This document shows positions 49,310-57,416 of a stretch of DNA of 64,000 nucleotides, piece after piece (the first letter of the stretch is position 1; the number at the start of each line of letters is the position of its first letter). The notes below the pieces were generated by a model that was not told where the DNA came from, ran no database searches, and saw nothing but the letters and a program-made list of their open reading frames with translations. The stretch is from an uncultured Nitrososphaerota archaeon. GTDB lineage: Archaea; Thermoproteota; EX4484-205; JAAOZP01. The stretch lies in the NCBI GenBank assembly GCA_964416155.1, contig CAYQCW010000006.1:53645-117644 (forward strand), written 5' to 3'. Both the position numbers and the translations under genes were made by a program.

Positions 49310-49693
49310 TCATGCTTTCCTAAGCTTCAGATCCACATCCATTGCTTCAGATAGGGCTTCGCTCAGCAGAATTGCGTAGAGCTTACTGTCCCTGGCAACT
49401 AGCCTAACCCCTTTAGAAAGAGCTTTGAGCCTCAGCCTTGGAGGAGCCTTGTCGAGTGGCACAACATCCACAGGTATCCCCGTGGAGTCTTCAAGAACAC
49501 CACCTATCTCAATCACCCTTTTGAAATCAGGCTCCCCGTCCATGTAAACGCCCACGTCCAGGTCTCGAACCAGGTTACTGGTTAATGCTGAGCCGAAGAG
49601 AACAGCTATCTTAACATCCGGCATGCTGTTAAGAGCCTTCCTCAGCCTCTTGGATATGTCTCCGAGGGAGACACGGTAATAGTTAACGCTCAA
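49310..49693 (-). CDS. MNT (MntA-like) nucleotidyltransferase antitoxin
   Basis: AVLFGSA..RDLDVGV, PVDVVPLDKAPP. Confidence 0.88.
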   Translation of the reverse strand: MSVNYYRVSLGDISKRLRKALNSMPDVKIAVLFGSALTSNLVRDLDVGVYMDGEPDFKRVIEIGGVLEDSTGIPVDVVPLDKAPPRLRLKALSKGVRLVARDSKLYAILLSEALSEAMDVDLKLRKA

Positions 49694-50099
49694 CGGGGAA
49701 AGCCTCCCTCACTTTCTCTAGAAGCTCCTCAACGCATTTAAAGTTGTTCTTCACTGCTTCATAGACCTTCTCATCCTCAACAGTCCAGTAACGGTGAACT
49801 AGAAGATTACGCAGCCCGACTAGAGACTCAAGCTCGCCTGCAAAAGACAAGTTTAGTCTTTCAGCAACGATTTTTACAGCCTCCCTGTAGGTTGCCGGAG
49901 TCTTAACATAAGCCTCAACAGCAATATGCGTACATAGGGAAACAACGGATTCAACAAGAACCACTATGTTGTACCGTATAGAATATTTTTCATCAATACT
50001 AAGTTGCGTGAAGGGTTTAGAAGCTAGTCTTTGCAGCTCGCTTATTGTAAAATTAATCTCGGAAATTCTGCTTCTCAAGATATCACCGTCAACAGGCAT
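49683..50099 (-). CDS. DUF86 / HepT-like HEPN RNase toxin
   Basis: GLRNLLVHRYW with the R-X4-H motif intact. Confidence 0.9.
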   Translation of the reverse strand: MPVDGDILRSRISEINFTISELQRLASKPFTQLSIDEKYSIRYNIVVLVESVVSLCTHIAVEAYVKTPATYREAVKIVAERLNLSFAGELESLVGLRNLLVHRYWTVEDEKVYEAVKNNFKCVEELLEKVREAFPVER

Positions 50100-50138
50100 G
50101 GCTTACTACTCGCTTAACCGCCTTTTAACATTATCCGT

Positions 50139-50216
50139 CTAGAATCTTACGCATCGCTCAATCTCCTCTTTGTTTTCAAATATCCATTCGTATACCTTTC
50201 TAAGCCCGGTCTTCAT
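50139..50216 (-). pseudogene. Detached epimerase 3' tail, copy B
   Basis: MKTGLRKVYEWIFENKEEIERCVRF*; 52-bp segment 50184-50235 matches 48920-48971 with one mismatch. Confidence 0.85.
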
Positions 50217-50221
50217 GCTTT

Positions 50222-50290
50222 TCAGCTTATTTTAGACAAGTGGATTAGAACGGAGGCATCTGCAACTATAGCGGACGACCTATGGCTCAT
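50222..50290 (-). pseudogene. 5' remnant of a DUF3368-type PIN toxin
   Basis: MSHRSSAIVADASVLIHLSKIS*. Confidence 0.55.
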
Positions 50291-50428
50291 ATGTAATCGT
50301 TAGAAAAAGGGCATGCTGCGCATGACAAGCGGCTTTCCTGTTCTGAAAGCATCAGGAGCTGTGCTTCGCGCGCGCTCGACTCTTTTAAACAGTTTCTGCA
50401 TACCTGTTCTCCCTGAACCATTCGCGAC

Positions 50429-50702
50429 TTAAACTTCCTTTAGTAACTTGAGGAATTCTTCCTTTGTTAATCCCGCTTGCATTATGATTGCGAGGAGTGT
50501 GCCTTTCTTCACAGGGTCATGGCGGGGAACGGTTACTCTTCTCCTACCGTCAGTCAAATAGATGTGACTCCCCTTTTGATGAACTTTCTCTCGTCTCTCC
50601 CTCGCTGATGCATCCCGGTGGCTCTAAGCATTGGACTGAGTACCCTCCCTCCTCCTCTTCCCTTAAGACGACTGTAAGCCTCAAGCCCTTAACCTGAACC
50701 AT
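50429..50702 (-). pseudogene. hicB-hicA operon collapsed by an internal deletion
   Basis: HicB N-terminus VVLREEEEGGYSVQC..PGCISEGETRE joined out of frame to HicA C-terminus KGSHIYL..VTVPRHDPVKKGTLLAII.QAGLTKEEF. Confidence 0.85.
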
Positions 50703-50723
50703 TTTGTTTGAACAGGAATATAA

Positions 50724-50942
50724 CTAATCCGGATTAACCTCTACGGGCTCTTCTCTCGCCCTCATCGCAGCCTTGCTGAGCTCCGCTATGAACTCGCTGG
50801 CATCCAAGATTTCCAGTATTACCGGTTTCCCATCCTCTGTGAAGTGCACGACTATCGGCCCCATCTCCTCAGCGTAGTCAACCTTCTCATCCGAGAGCTC
50901 CACGAGGAGCACGTCTTCGCTTCTACTATACCTGACTCTCAT
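50724..50942 (-). CDS. DUF2283 protein (putative antitoxin)
   Basis: MRVRYSRSEDVLLVEL..VVHFTEDGKPVILEILDAS. Confidence 0.85.
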   Translation of the reverse strand: MRVRYSRSEDVLLVELSDEKVDYAEEMGPIVVHFTEDGKPVILEILDASEFIAELSKAAMRAREEPVEVNPD

Positions 50943-51190
50943 ACCTTTCCCTCCTAGCAGGATAGAATGTCACCACCACAGCATCTCCATCCTTAAGCTC
51001 GTATATAACTCATCAAGTGTTTTTCACCATAAGCCTTTTGCGCAATGAACCTCTCTTTCCTGCCTTTGAACACTTTATCTGGATGCTTAACCACATTGAC
51101 AATATCTTCTTCTCGAATCTCAAAACCGTGTCTTCTCAATATTTGAAGCTTAATTGCTGCATGCGTAGAGAATATGACTTGTCTAATCAC
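50926..51190 (-). pseudogene. DUF4258-like (RelE/BrnT-fold) toxin, frameshifted
   Basis: FSTHA..VVKHPD..RFIAQK..KHLM, shift near 51010, then VIYELKDGDAVVVTFYPARRERY. Confidence 0.78.
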
Positions 51191-51206
51191 CTTAGCTGGG
51201 CCTCGA

Positions 51207-52211
51207 TTAAAACTTGACGCTTGCTTTAATGTTCTCCCAGTTCTCATTGAACCACTCGTATACTTTCCTCAGACCTGTCTTCATGTCTGTCTTAGGCTCG
51301 TAGCCAAGTATTCTCCTAGCCTTCTCTATCGAGGCTCTCCTCCTTATCGCCTTGTCCCAGTCCCTCCTGGGTTTAAACACTATTCCAGCCTTGTTCCCAG
51401 TAATCTCGTTTATCCAGTTCGCAATATCTACCACCCTGGTCTCTGTCTCGGAGGCAAGGTTTATCGCCTCGCCGACGGCTTCCTCAACAACACCCATTCT
51501 AAGCGTGCCGTCCACAATGTCCTCGACGAAGGTGAAGTCCCTCGTCTCCTCGCCCGTTCCAGTTATCGGTAATGGTTGGTTGTGCATTGCCCACCAAGTG
51601 AAGTTGGGTATAACGTTCCTATATTTTCCCGGAACCTCTCCTGGGCCATAGACGTTGAAGTATCTTGCTATCGCAACCGGAAGCCTATAGTAGTCGTAGA
51701 AATAGTTGCAGTAGAGCTCTCCCACGAGCTTGTTAATCTGGTATGGGGTGTCAAGGTGTAGGGATACGAAGTCCTCCCTTAAGGGTAATGGGGCTTGGCT
51801 CCCGTATACTGAGCACCCTGAGGATGCGAAAACGAACCTCTCCACTCCGGCGAGATTCGCATACTCTAATGTCTTAAGAGTACCCAAGCCGTTTACCAGC
51901 AGGTCTGTCTCAGGATGGTCCACGCTGTTTTGATTCGCGAAATGCGCGGCGAGGTGGAAAACGTAGTGCGGCTTGTAGCTGAATGCTCTCTTCATCCTCT
52001 CCTCGTCGAGGATGCTTCCCTCGATCAAAACCACCTTGGGGTCTTTCGGAACGTTCCACTCGTATGAGGCTGAGAAGTCGTCTATAATGACTATTCTTTC
52101 TGGCTCTGCTTTGAGGAGCGTCTTCGTCAGGTTTATTCCTATGCAGCCAGCCCCTCCTGTTATCAGTATTCTTTTGTCAGAATAGTGGTTTAAAACTTCC
52201 TCAGGGTTCAT
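51207..52211 (-). CDS. NAD-dependent nucleotide-sugar epimerase/dehydratase
   Basis: ITGGAGCIG, HLAAHFANQNSV, PYQINK, YFNVYGPGE, GTGEETRDF. Confidence 0.92.
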   Translation of the reverse strand: MNPEEVLNHYSDKRILITGGAGCIGINLTKTLLKAEPERIVIIDDFSASYEWNVPKDPKVVLIEGSILDEERMKRAFSYKPHYVFHLAAHFANQNSVDHPETDLLVNGLGTLKTLEYANLAGVERFVFASSGCSVYGSQAPLPLREDFVSLHLDTPYQINKLVGELYCNYFYDYYRLPVAIARYFNVYGPGEVPGKYRNVIPNFTWWAMHNQPLPITGTGEETRDFTFVEDIVDGTLRMGVVEEAVGEAINLASETETRVVDIANWINEITGNKAGIVFKPRRDWDKAIRRRASIEKARRILGYEPKTDMKTGLRKVYEWFNENWENIKASVKF

Positions 52212-52217
52212 GCTTAA

Positions 52218-53132
52218 TCACTTCCCATATACTTTCTTAAACCACTCTACGGTTCTTCTCATGCCCTCTTCAACAGGGATTGTTAACTTGAAGCCGAGGT
52301 CTCTTTTTGCTTTAGAGGAATCTGGTGTTTTTATCCTGGTGGTGAAGGGTTCAGCCTCCTTATAGGTGACTTTAGAGTCGTCTTTCCCCAGGGTTCTCAG
52401 GATGAGGTCTGAGACATACTTTATTTCGTATTGCTCATCACCCCCCAGATTGTAGACTTCCCCAGGCTTGAAGCTGTCGACGATGTTCGCGAGAGTCCTG
52501 CAGATGTCCTCAACGTACTCCAAGGTTCTTTTATGGCCTAGGTAAACCGTGTAGGGCTCGTCGTGCAGAGCCTTGTAGATGAACTTTGGAATCCAGCCTC
52601 TATAAGGTGTGTAGTGCTCCCCGGGGCCATAAACGTTGAAGAGCCTTACTCTCACGGTCTCAGTTCCGAACATTGCTGCTGAGTTGATTATCTGCATCTC
52701 GTTAACCCACTTGCTCATCGCATAATCGTTCATCTGCTTTATGGGTATTCTGTCCATAACGTCCTCGCTCATAACGCCGTCGTAGTCCCCATAGACCTCC
52801 GCGCTCCCGAAGAATACCATGCGAAACCTTTTCCTCTCCTGCATTCTTATGATGTTCTTAGTGCCCACAGCGTTCGTCATCCAAAGATTCTCGTAATAAT
52901 CCTCCCCGTTCCACCTTCCATACTCTGCGGCAGCATGATAAACATGCTCGAAGCCCTGGGATTCGAAAAGCCTTTCAACCTGTCTGTGCTGGCTTACGTC
53001 GCACCTTACTGATTTAGGGTCTTCAGAATGCCTCAGGTCGCACAGCCAAACATCGTGTCCACGTTTCCTAAGCTCTCCGACAAGGTTGGAGCCTATGAAG
53101 CCTAAGCCTCCGGTTACCAGTATCCTAGCCAT
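52218..53132 (-). CDS. NAD-dependent epimerase/dehydratase
   Basis: VTGGLGFIG, HAAAEYG, YAMSK, FNVYGPGE. Confidence 0.92.
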   Translation of the reverse strand: MARILVTGGLGFIGSNLVGELRKRGHDVWLCDLRHSEDPKSVRCDVSQHRQVERLFESQGFEHVYHAAAEYGRWNGEDYYENLWMTNAVGTKNIIRMQERKRFRMVFFGSAEVYGDYDGVMSEDVMDRIPIKQMNDYAMSKWVNEMQIINSAAMFGTETVRVRLFNVYGPGEHYTPYRGWIPKFIYKALHDEPYTVYLGHKRTLEYVEDICRTLANIVDSFKPGEVYNLGGDEQYEIKYVSDLILRTLGKDDSKVTYKEAEPFTTRIKTPDSSKAKRDLGFKLTIPVEEGMRRTVEWFKKVYGK

Positions 53133-53135
53133 GCT

Positions 53136-53510
53136 TCACACCTGAGACCTTAGCACGCATAGGTCTGCGTATTGCCTGACCGTTTCATCAACAATCTTCA
53201 TCCTGATTTCCTCATGCCTGGAGAAGATGAGTCTTCCCTTAGTGAATACGGCGTGTTTAAACGGCAGTGGGGCTTCGTTAAGCACGTGGATGTCGATTGG
53301 AATCTCAAGTTCTGCCTCAAGCTTTGAAGAGAGTTCGACCTCATGCCTGAAGGCTTCCTCCGGGCTATCTATCCAAACGGCAACGTCAACGTCTCTGAAG
53401 AACCCTCTTTCGGCAAACCCGCCGTAAACGTAGGCGAAAAGTATACCACCCAGGTTTTCAAGCGTCCTTTTCAACTCTTGGAGCAGACCCTCCTTCTCCA
53501 CCGTGCTCAT
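53136..53510 (-). CDS. MNT nucleotidyltransferase (orphan)
   Basis: AYVYGGF..RDVDVAV, IDIHVLNEAPL; no adjacent HEPN. Confidence 0.82.
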   Translation of the reverse strand: MSTVEKEGLLQELKRTLENLGGILFAYVYGGFAERGFFRDVDVAVWIDSPEEAFRHEVELSSKLEAELEIPIDIHVLNEAPLPFKHAVFTKGRLIFSRHEEIRMKIVDETVRQYADLCVLRSQV

Positions 53511-53607
53511 TTTACGATACTTGAACTCGCCGGCTGCTATTCATGCTTCTCCCTAATACGGTTCTCGACCGATTCGTTATAAGCTGCCAATAATGCCATT
53601 GTATTTT

Positions 53608-54681
53608 TCAAGAGTCCCTAATAATGCTTACTATTCTCTCAGCAGCCCTCCCGTCGCCGAACGGGTTCTCCCAATCCCTGTTTCTACCAATCATGATCCT
53701 AGTCTTCTCAAGAATATTCTCAGGCTCTGTTCCAGCGATAATGTTTGCGCCAACATCCAGGGTTTCAGGCCTCTCAGTATTATACCTTAGGGTGACGCAT
53801 GGGACTCTGAGGATGCATGCCTCCTCCTGCACGCCGCCGGAGTCCGTCAGTATTAGCCTAGCCTTACTCTCAAGCTGGAGGAAGCCTAGATAGTGAAGCG
53901 GCTCAACAATCGTCAGAGAATCACTGCTTAAACCGTACTCCTGCATTCTCCTCTTTGCTCTCGGATGGATCGGGTAGACAACCGGCAGGCCGAAATCCTC
54001 TTGCAATAGTTTCAACCCCTCCAGTATGTTTCTAAACCTCTGAATATTGTCAACGTTCTCCTGCCTGTGGATTGTCACCAGCAGGTAATCGTTGCCGTTG
54101 ACCCCGATTGCTTCAAGAATACCGCTGTTCTTCTCAGCCAGCCTAAGGTTCTGGTATACTGCGTCGACAATCGTGTTACCCGTTACGAAAATCTTCTCCC
54201 CGGCGATGCCTTCTTTCAAAAGGTTTCCCCTGGCCTTCTCGGTGGGTGCGAACAAGTAGTCTGAAACATGGTCTGTTAAAACCCTGTTGATTTCTTCGGG
54301 CATCTCCCTGTCGTAGCTTCTCAAACCTGCTTCAACATGCCCGATTTTAATCAAGAGCTTGGATGCTGCGAGTGCCCCGGCTAGCACGCTGTTAGTGTCA
54401 CCCTCGACAAGCACCATGTTCGGCTTCTCCTCCATAAGCACCTTCTCTATTCCGATCAGCATTCTGCCCGTCTGCTCCCCGTGAGTACCGGAGCCGACCT
54501 CAAGGTTGTACTCTGGGTCAGGCAGGTTGAGCTGTTCTAAGAATGCTTTGTCCATGTTGTATGAATAGTGCTGCCCCGTGTGAAGTATGAAGAAGTCTGC
54601 GCTTCTTTTTTCTAGCTCTCTCATTACCGGCGACATCTTTATTATCTCCGGCCTGGTTCCTAAAACTATCGCTATCTTCAC
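53608..54681 (-). CDS. wecB: UDP-N-acetylglucosamine 2-epimerase (non-hydrolysing)
   Basis: GTRPEIIK, TGQH, GDT, HVEAGLRS, PEEINR, TDSGGVQEEA, TERPE, PFGDG. Confidence 0.96.
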   Translation of the reverse strand: MKIAIVLGTRPEIIKMSPVMRELEKRSADFFILHTGQHYSYNMDKAFLEQLNLPDPEYNLEVGSGTHGEQTGRMLIGIEKVLMEEKPNMVLVEGDTNSVLAGALAASKLLIKIGHVEAGLRSYDREMPEEINRVLTDHVSDYLFAPTEKARGNLLKEGIAGEKIFVTGNTIVDAVYQNLRLAEKNSGILEAIGVNGNDYLLVTIHRQENVDNIQRFRNILEGLKLLQEDFGLPVVYPIHPRAKRRMQEYGLSSDSLTIVEPLHYLGFLQLESKARLILTDSGGVQEEACILRVPCVTLRYNTERPETLDVGANIIAGTEPENILEKTRIMIGRNRDWENPFGDGRAAERIVSIIRDS

Positions 54682-54967
54682 TTTATTTTCCTTGTCCTAA
54701 AAACTACTGTTCCGCCGTCCGTATAGGGCTTCCAGGGGTCCACGCACTGCATGTATGTATGCTCTCTATCATCTTAGTCGGTCCTAATTTAACTGGGTCC
54801 GCACCTTCATCTAAGGCAACGACATAGTGTAAGAGTGTTGCTAAGGCATGCACACATATGGGATCCGTTTCCTCCAAAACTATCCTAGGCTCATCTATGA
54901 TTATTTTATCTCCAACCTTGTGGACTGGGCGTTTACCGCGTACCTCGTAAACCTCTATTTCCAGCAT
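54678..54967 (-). pseudogene. TIGR04076-like protein, frameshifted
   Basis: HKVGDKI..ICVHAL; shifted frame gives MQCVDPWKPYTDGGTVVF, whose stop overlaps the wecB start. Confidence 0.7.
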
Positions 54968-54977
54968 GCTGCGATTT

Positions 54978-55880
54978 TTATTTACTACTTAGTTTTCTGT
55001 CGAGCCTCGATATCGCGTAGAGCATGAGTGAAGCTATGAACAGCATTGTTCCCACGAAAAGCGATCCGAGTGTTATGAGCGCCATCGGCACGCTGAAATA
55101 CCTAGTCGTGTTAAAATACCACATTAGGTATGTCCCCGTCGCTATGCCTGCGATTATCAGAAGCATTCCAGGTACTCCTAGGAATAGTAATGGCCTCTCT
55201 TCGATGATTAGTCTGAGGGCTATTCCCACGAGCTCGGCCCCATGGCTCACAGGGTGTTTCTTCGAGGTTCTCTCCAGCCCCCTATAACGTATCGTTACCG
55301 GTTTTTCAATCAATTTGAAATTCCTCTCTTCCAGTTTTTTAAGCTGCTCCGTCTCTATCCCGTATCCTGTTGCCTCGCACTCGAGCAATGTATCCAGGAT
55401 CTTTTTCGAATATGCCCTGTAGCCGCATTGGGTATCCATCACGACCATGTTCTTCCCTACAGCACTTATAGTGTTAACGACCTTCAATCCAAACTTACGA
55501 TACAGCGGGATTTCCCTTTTTTGAGTGAGAAACCTCGACCCTATGACCGCATCCGCCTCCCCTTTTAAGATCGGCTCTATGAGACCGAGCATTTCGTCCG
55601 GATCATGCTGGCCATCCGCATCCAAAGTTACTATAATGTCAGCATTCAGATTTTTAACATGTGAAAAAAGTGTTTTTAGGGCTGCACCTTTACCCATGTT
55701 CTTCCCGTGTCTCACTACTTCCGCACCCAGTTTTTCAGCTATCTCGCCCGTCATGTCTGTTGAGCCGTCGTCGCAAACCATCACCTTGTCAACGTGTTTC
55801 ATAGCTTTTACAATTACGCTGGCTATGGTTTTCTCCTCGTTGTAAGCAGGTATACACGCGACTATGAAATGCTTATTCAA
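54978..55880 (-). CDS. GT2 glycosyltransferase, DPM1/polyprenol-phosphate glycosyltransferase-like, with 2 C-terminal TMs
   Basis: IPAYNEE, DDGSTD, GKGAA, DADGQH, GSRF, DTQCGYR; TTG start at 55880. Confidence 0.92.
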   Translation of the reverse strand: MNKHFIVACIPAYNEEKTIASVIVKAMKHVDKVMVCDDGSTDMTGEIAEKLGAEVVRHGKNMGKGAALKTLFSHVKNLNADIIVTLDADGQHDPDEMLGLIEPILKGEADAVIGSRFLTQKREIPLYRKFGLKVVNTISAVGKNMVVMDTQCGYRAYSKKILDTLLECEATGYGIETEQLKKLEERNFKLIEKPVTIRYRGLERTSKKHPVSHGAELVGIALRLIIEERPLLFLGVPGMLLIIAGIATGTYLMWYFNTTRYFSVPMALITLGSLFVGTMLFIASLMLYAISRLDRKLSSK

Positions 55881-56200
55881 TCCTGACCTTGAGTTTTGAT
55901 ATTTCAGCAATCTCGTTAAAATTAGTGTCTCTTGTTACGAGTTCCTCGTTCCGGTTTATGCACATGGCTGCTATCAACAGGTCTGAGAAAGGTTTAAGCC
56001 TGCCTTTATTTTTCAGCTTAAGCTGTAGTTCAACCGCAAGGTCCAGGTCGCTTCTTGTCGGGTATACGACGCTGCCTTCAAGCTTGGAATACTCCAGTAG
56101 GGATGGGAACTCGGCTATGGTTACTATTGTCACCGCCTCATCTATCTTCACCTATTTTTAACACGGTCGATAACTATGCTCGTATCCAGTATTGTCAGAG
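55873..56200 (-). pseudogene. PIN toxin, frameshifted near the N-terminus
   Basis: LTILDTSIVIDRVKNR* then shifted VKIDEAVTIVTIAEF..PFSDLLIAA..LVTRDTNF. Confidence 0.78.
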
Positions 56201-56419
56201 GCTTTGCAACCTCTTTTTTTCAGCTTCCCTCAGCGCCAGAACCTTATGCTCGTCGACATCTATATCTTCTTTAAGGGTTTTTATGTTGAACCTTTTTCTG
56301 AGAGACGCAGCGCTTACAATCCCGTATTTCTCCTCAAGCAGCTTTTCAACATCCTCTCTAACTTCCTCTACATTAACCCAAGCTGGGATCTTGATAGTCA
56401 CTGTACCAAGCTCAGCCAT
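56195..56419 (-). CDS. Antitoxin (VapB-like)
   Basis: 74 aa overlapping the PIN 5' end; ends LALREAEKKR. Confidence 0.65.
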   Translation of the reverse strand: MAELGTVTIKIPAWVNVEEVREDVEKLLEEKYGIVSAASLRKRFNIKTLKEDIDVDEHKVLALREAEKKRLQSL

Positions 56420-56432
56420 ATCTATCCCTTCT

Positions 56433-56814
56433 TTAAAACGTCTTTTCTAAGCTTTTAAGGTTTCTGTCTTTAAATTCATCTTTCCTGCTGGACTCCGATG
56501 ATTTTAGGGTAGATGTTTCCAGTCTTCTCGGTATTTCCCCGGTTAGGTCTGTTGAGCCGTCGTCGCAAACCATCACCTTGTCAACGTGTTTCATAGCTTT
56601 TACAATTACGCTGGCTATGGTTTTCTCCTCGTTGTAAGCAGGTATACACGCGACTATGAAATGCTTATTCAATCCTGACCTTGAGTTTCAATATTTCAGC
56701 AATCACGTTGATCCGCGCCGTGTCAAGCAGTGGCTCGACCCTCCTTTTCAAGCTCACGTTGGTGCAGAGCCTCATCCCTGTATCCTTTCCAGCAGCCAGC
56801 ATTACTCCTGTCAT
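56433..56814 (-). pseudogene. Chimeric scar: nucleotidyltransferase N-terminus, PIN C-terminus, truncated GT2 5' copy
   Basis: MTGVMLAAGKDTGMRL..IAEILKLKVRIE* (56665-56814) then MNKHFIVACIPAYNEE..DDGSTD run-on (56433-56672). Confidence 0.8.
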
Positions 56815-56850
56815 CCCAGGTGTTTAAACAAAGTTTTAAGAGCATCTTGC

Positions 56851-57237
56851 TTACACGTATCCTAGGCTTCTCAAGGCGAGCTGGCTTACCCCAAGCCAGA
56901 CTAGGTAGTCCGGGTCTTTAAGCCATTTTTTAACATCCGGGGCCCATTCGAACACCCCGTTCCCCCCGTACAACTTGAGCAGGCTGGAGGCACGCTCCCT
57001 CCCAAGCTGGAGGACCTTGACTAAAGGGGTTTGGAGAAGCTTCTCAACAATGTTTTTAACGCTTTTGAGAAGCATGGGGTTCACTATCCTCCCCCTCAGC
57101 CTGGCTAGTTGCAGGCTTGCTTTGAAGAAGGCTTTCTCAACCCCCTGGAGCCTACTCCAGTTCCCATTCCTGTAGGCTTTCTTCATAACGTTTAAAAGGT
57201 CCCCGTAGGAGAGCGTCTCGCATGCCGCAAGTTTCAC
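56851..57237 (-). CDS. Hypothetical archaeal protein
   Basis: 128 aa, KAYRNGNW..EKAF..GRIVN..VFEWAP..YLVWLG; TATA-like tttatat upstream. Confidence 0.65.
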   Translation of the reverse strand: MKLAACETLSYGDLLNVMKKAYRNGNWSRLQGVEKAFFKASLQLARLRGRIVNPMLLKSVKNIVEKLLQTPLVKVLQLGRERASSLLKLYGGNGVFEWAPDVKKWLKDPDYLVWLGVSQLALRSLGYV

Positions 57238-57416
57238 AGGGGCTGTTCACCCCACATTATGTTTGACGCATAAAGAGAATAGATATAAAGTTTTTCTTCA
57301 AAATTTTAGGACAATATTTTTCGAAGCATTTACCGTTTAGCTTAACGCGGACGCATAAGGCTTAAGTATTTTATTCAAGGTTTAGAAGAGGGAAGAATGG
57401 AGGTTAAGCGTTCCCC

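Larger units (their letters stand above)
55755..56709. repeat. 163-bp direct repeats (55755-55917 and 56547-56709) flanking a VapBC pair
   Basis: Offset 792 bp; first 142 bp identical, 3 mismatches overall; unit is PIN 3' end plus GT2 5' end. Confidence 0.93.

Noticed and set aside
53511-53607. MALLAAYNE mini-ORF resembling a GT2 start
   Set aside because: Too short to distinguish from chance.
24519-56814. IS element, provirus or integron as the cause of the rearrangements
   Set aside because: No transposase, integrase, capsid or attC-like repeated hairpin was recognised in the window.
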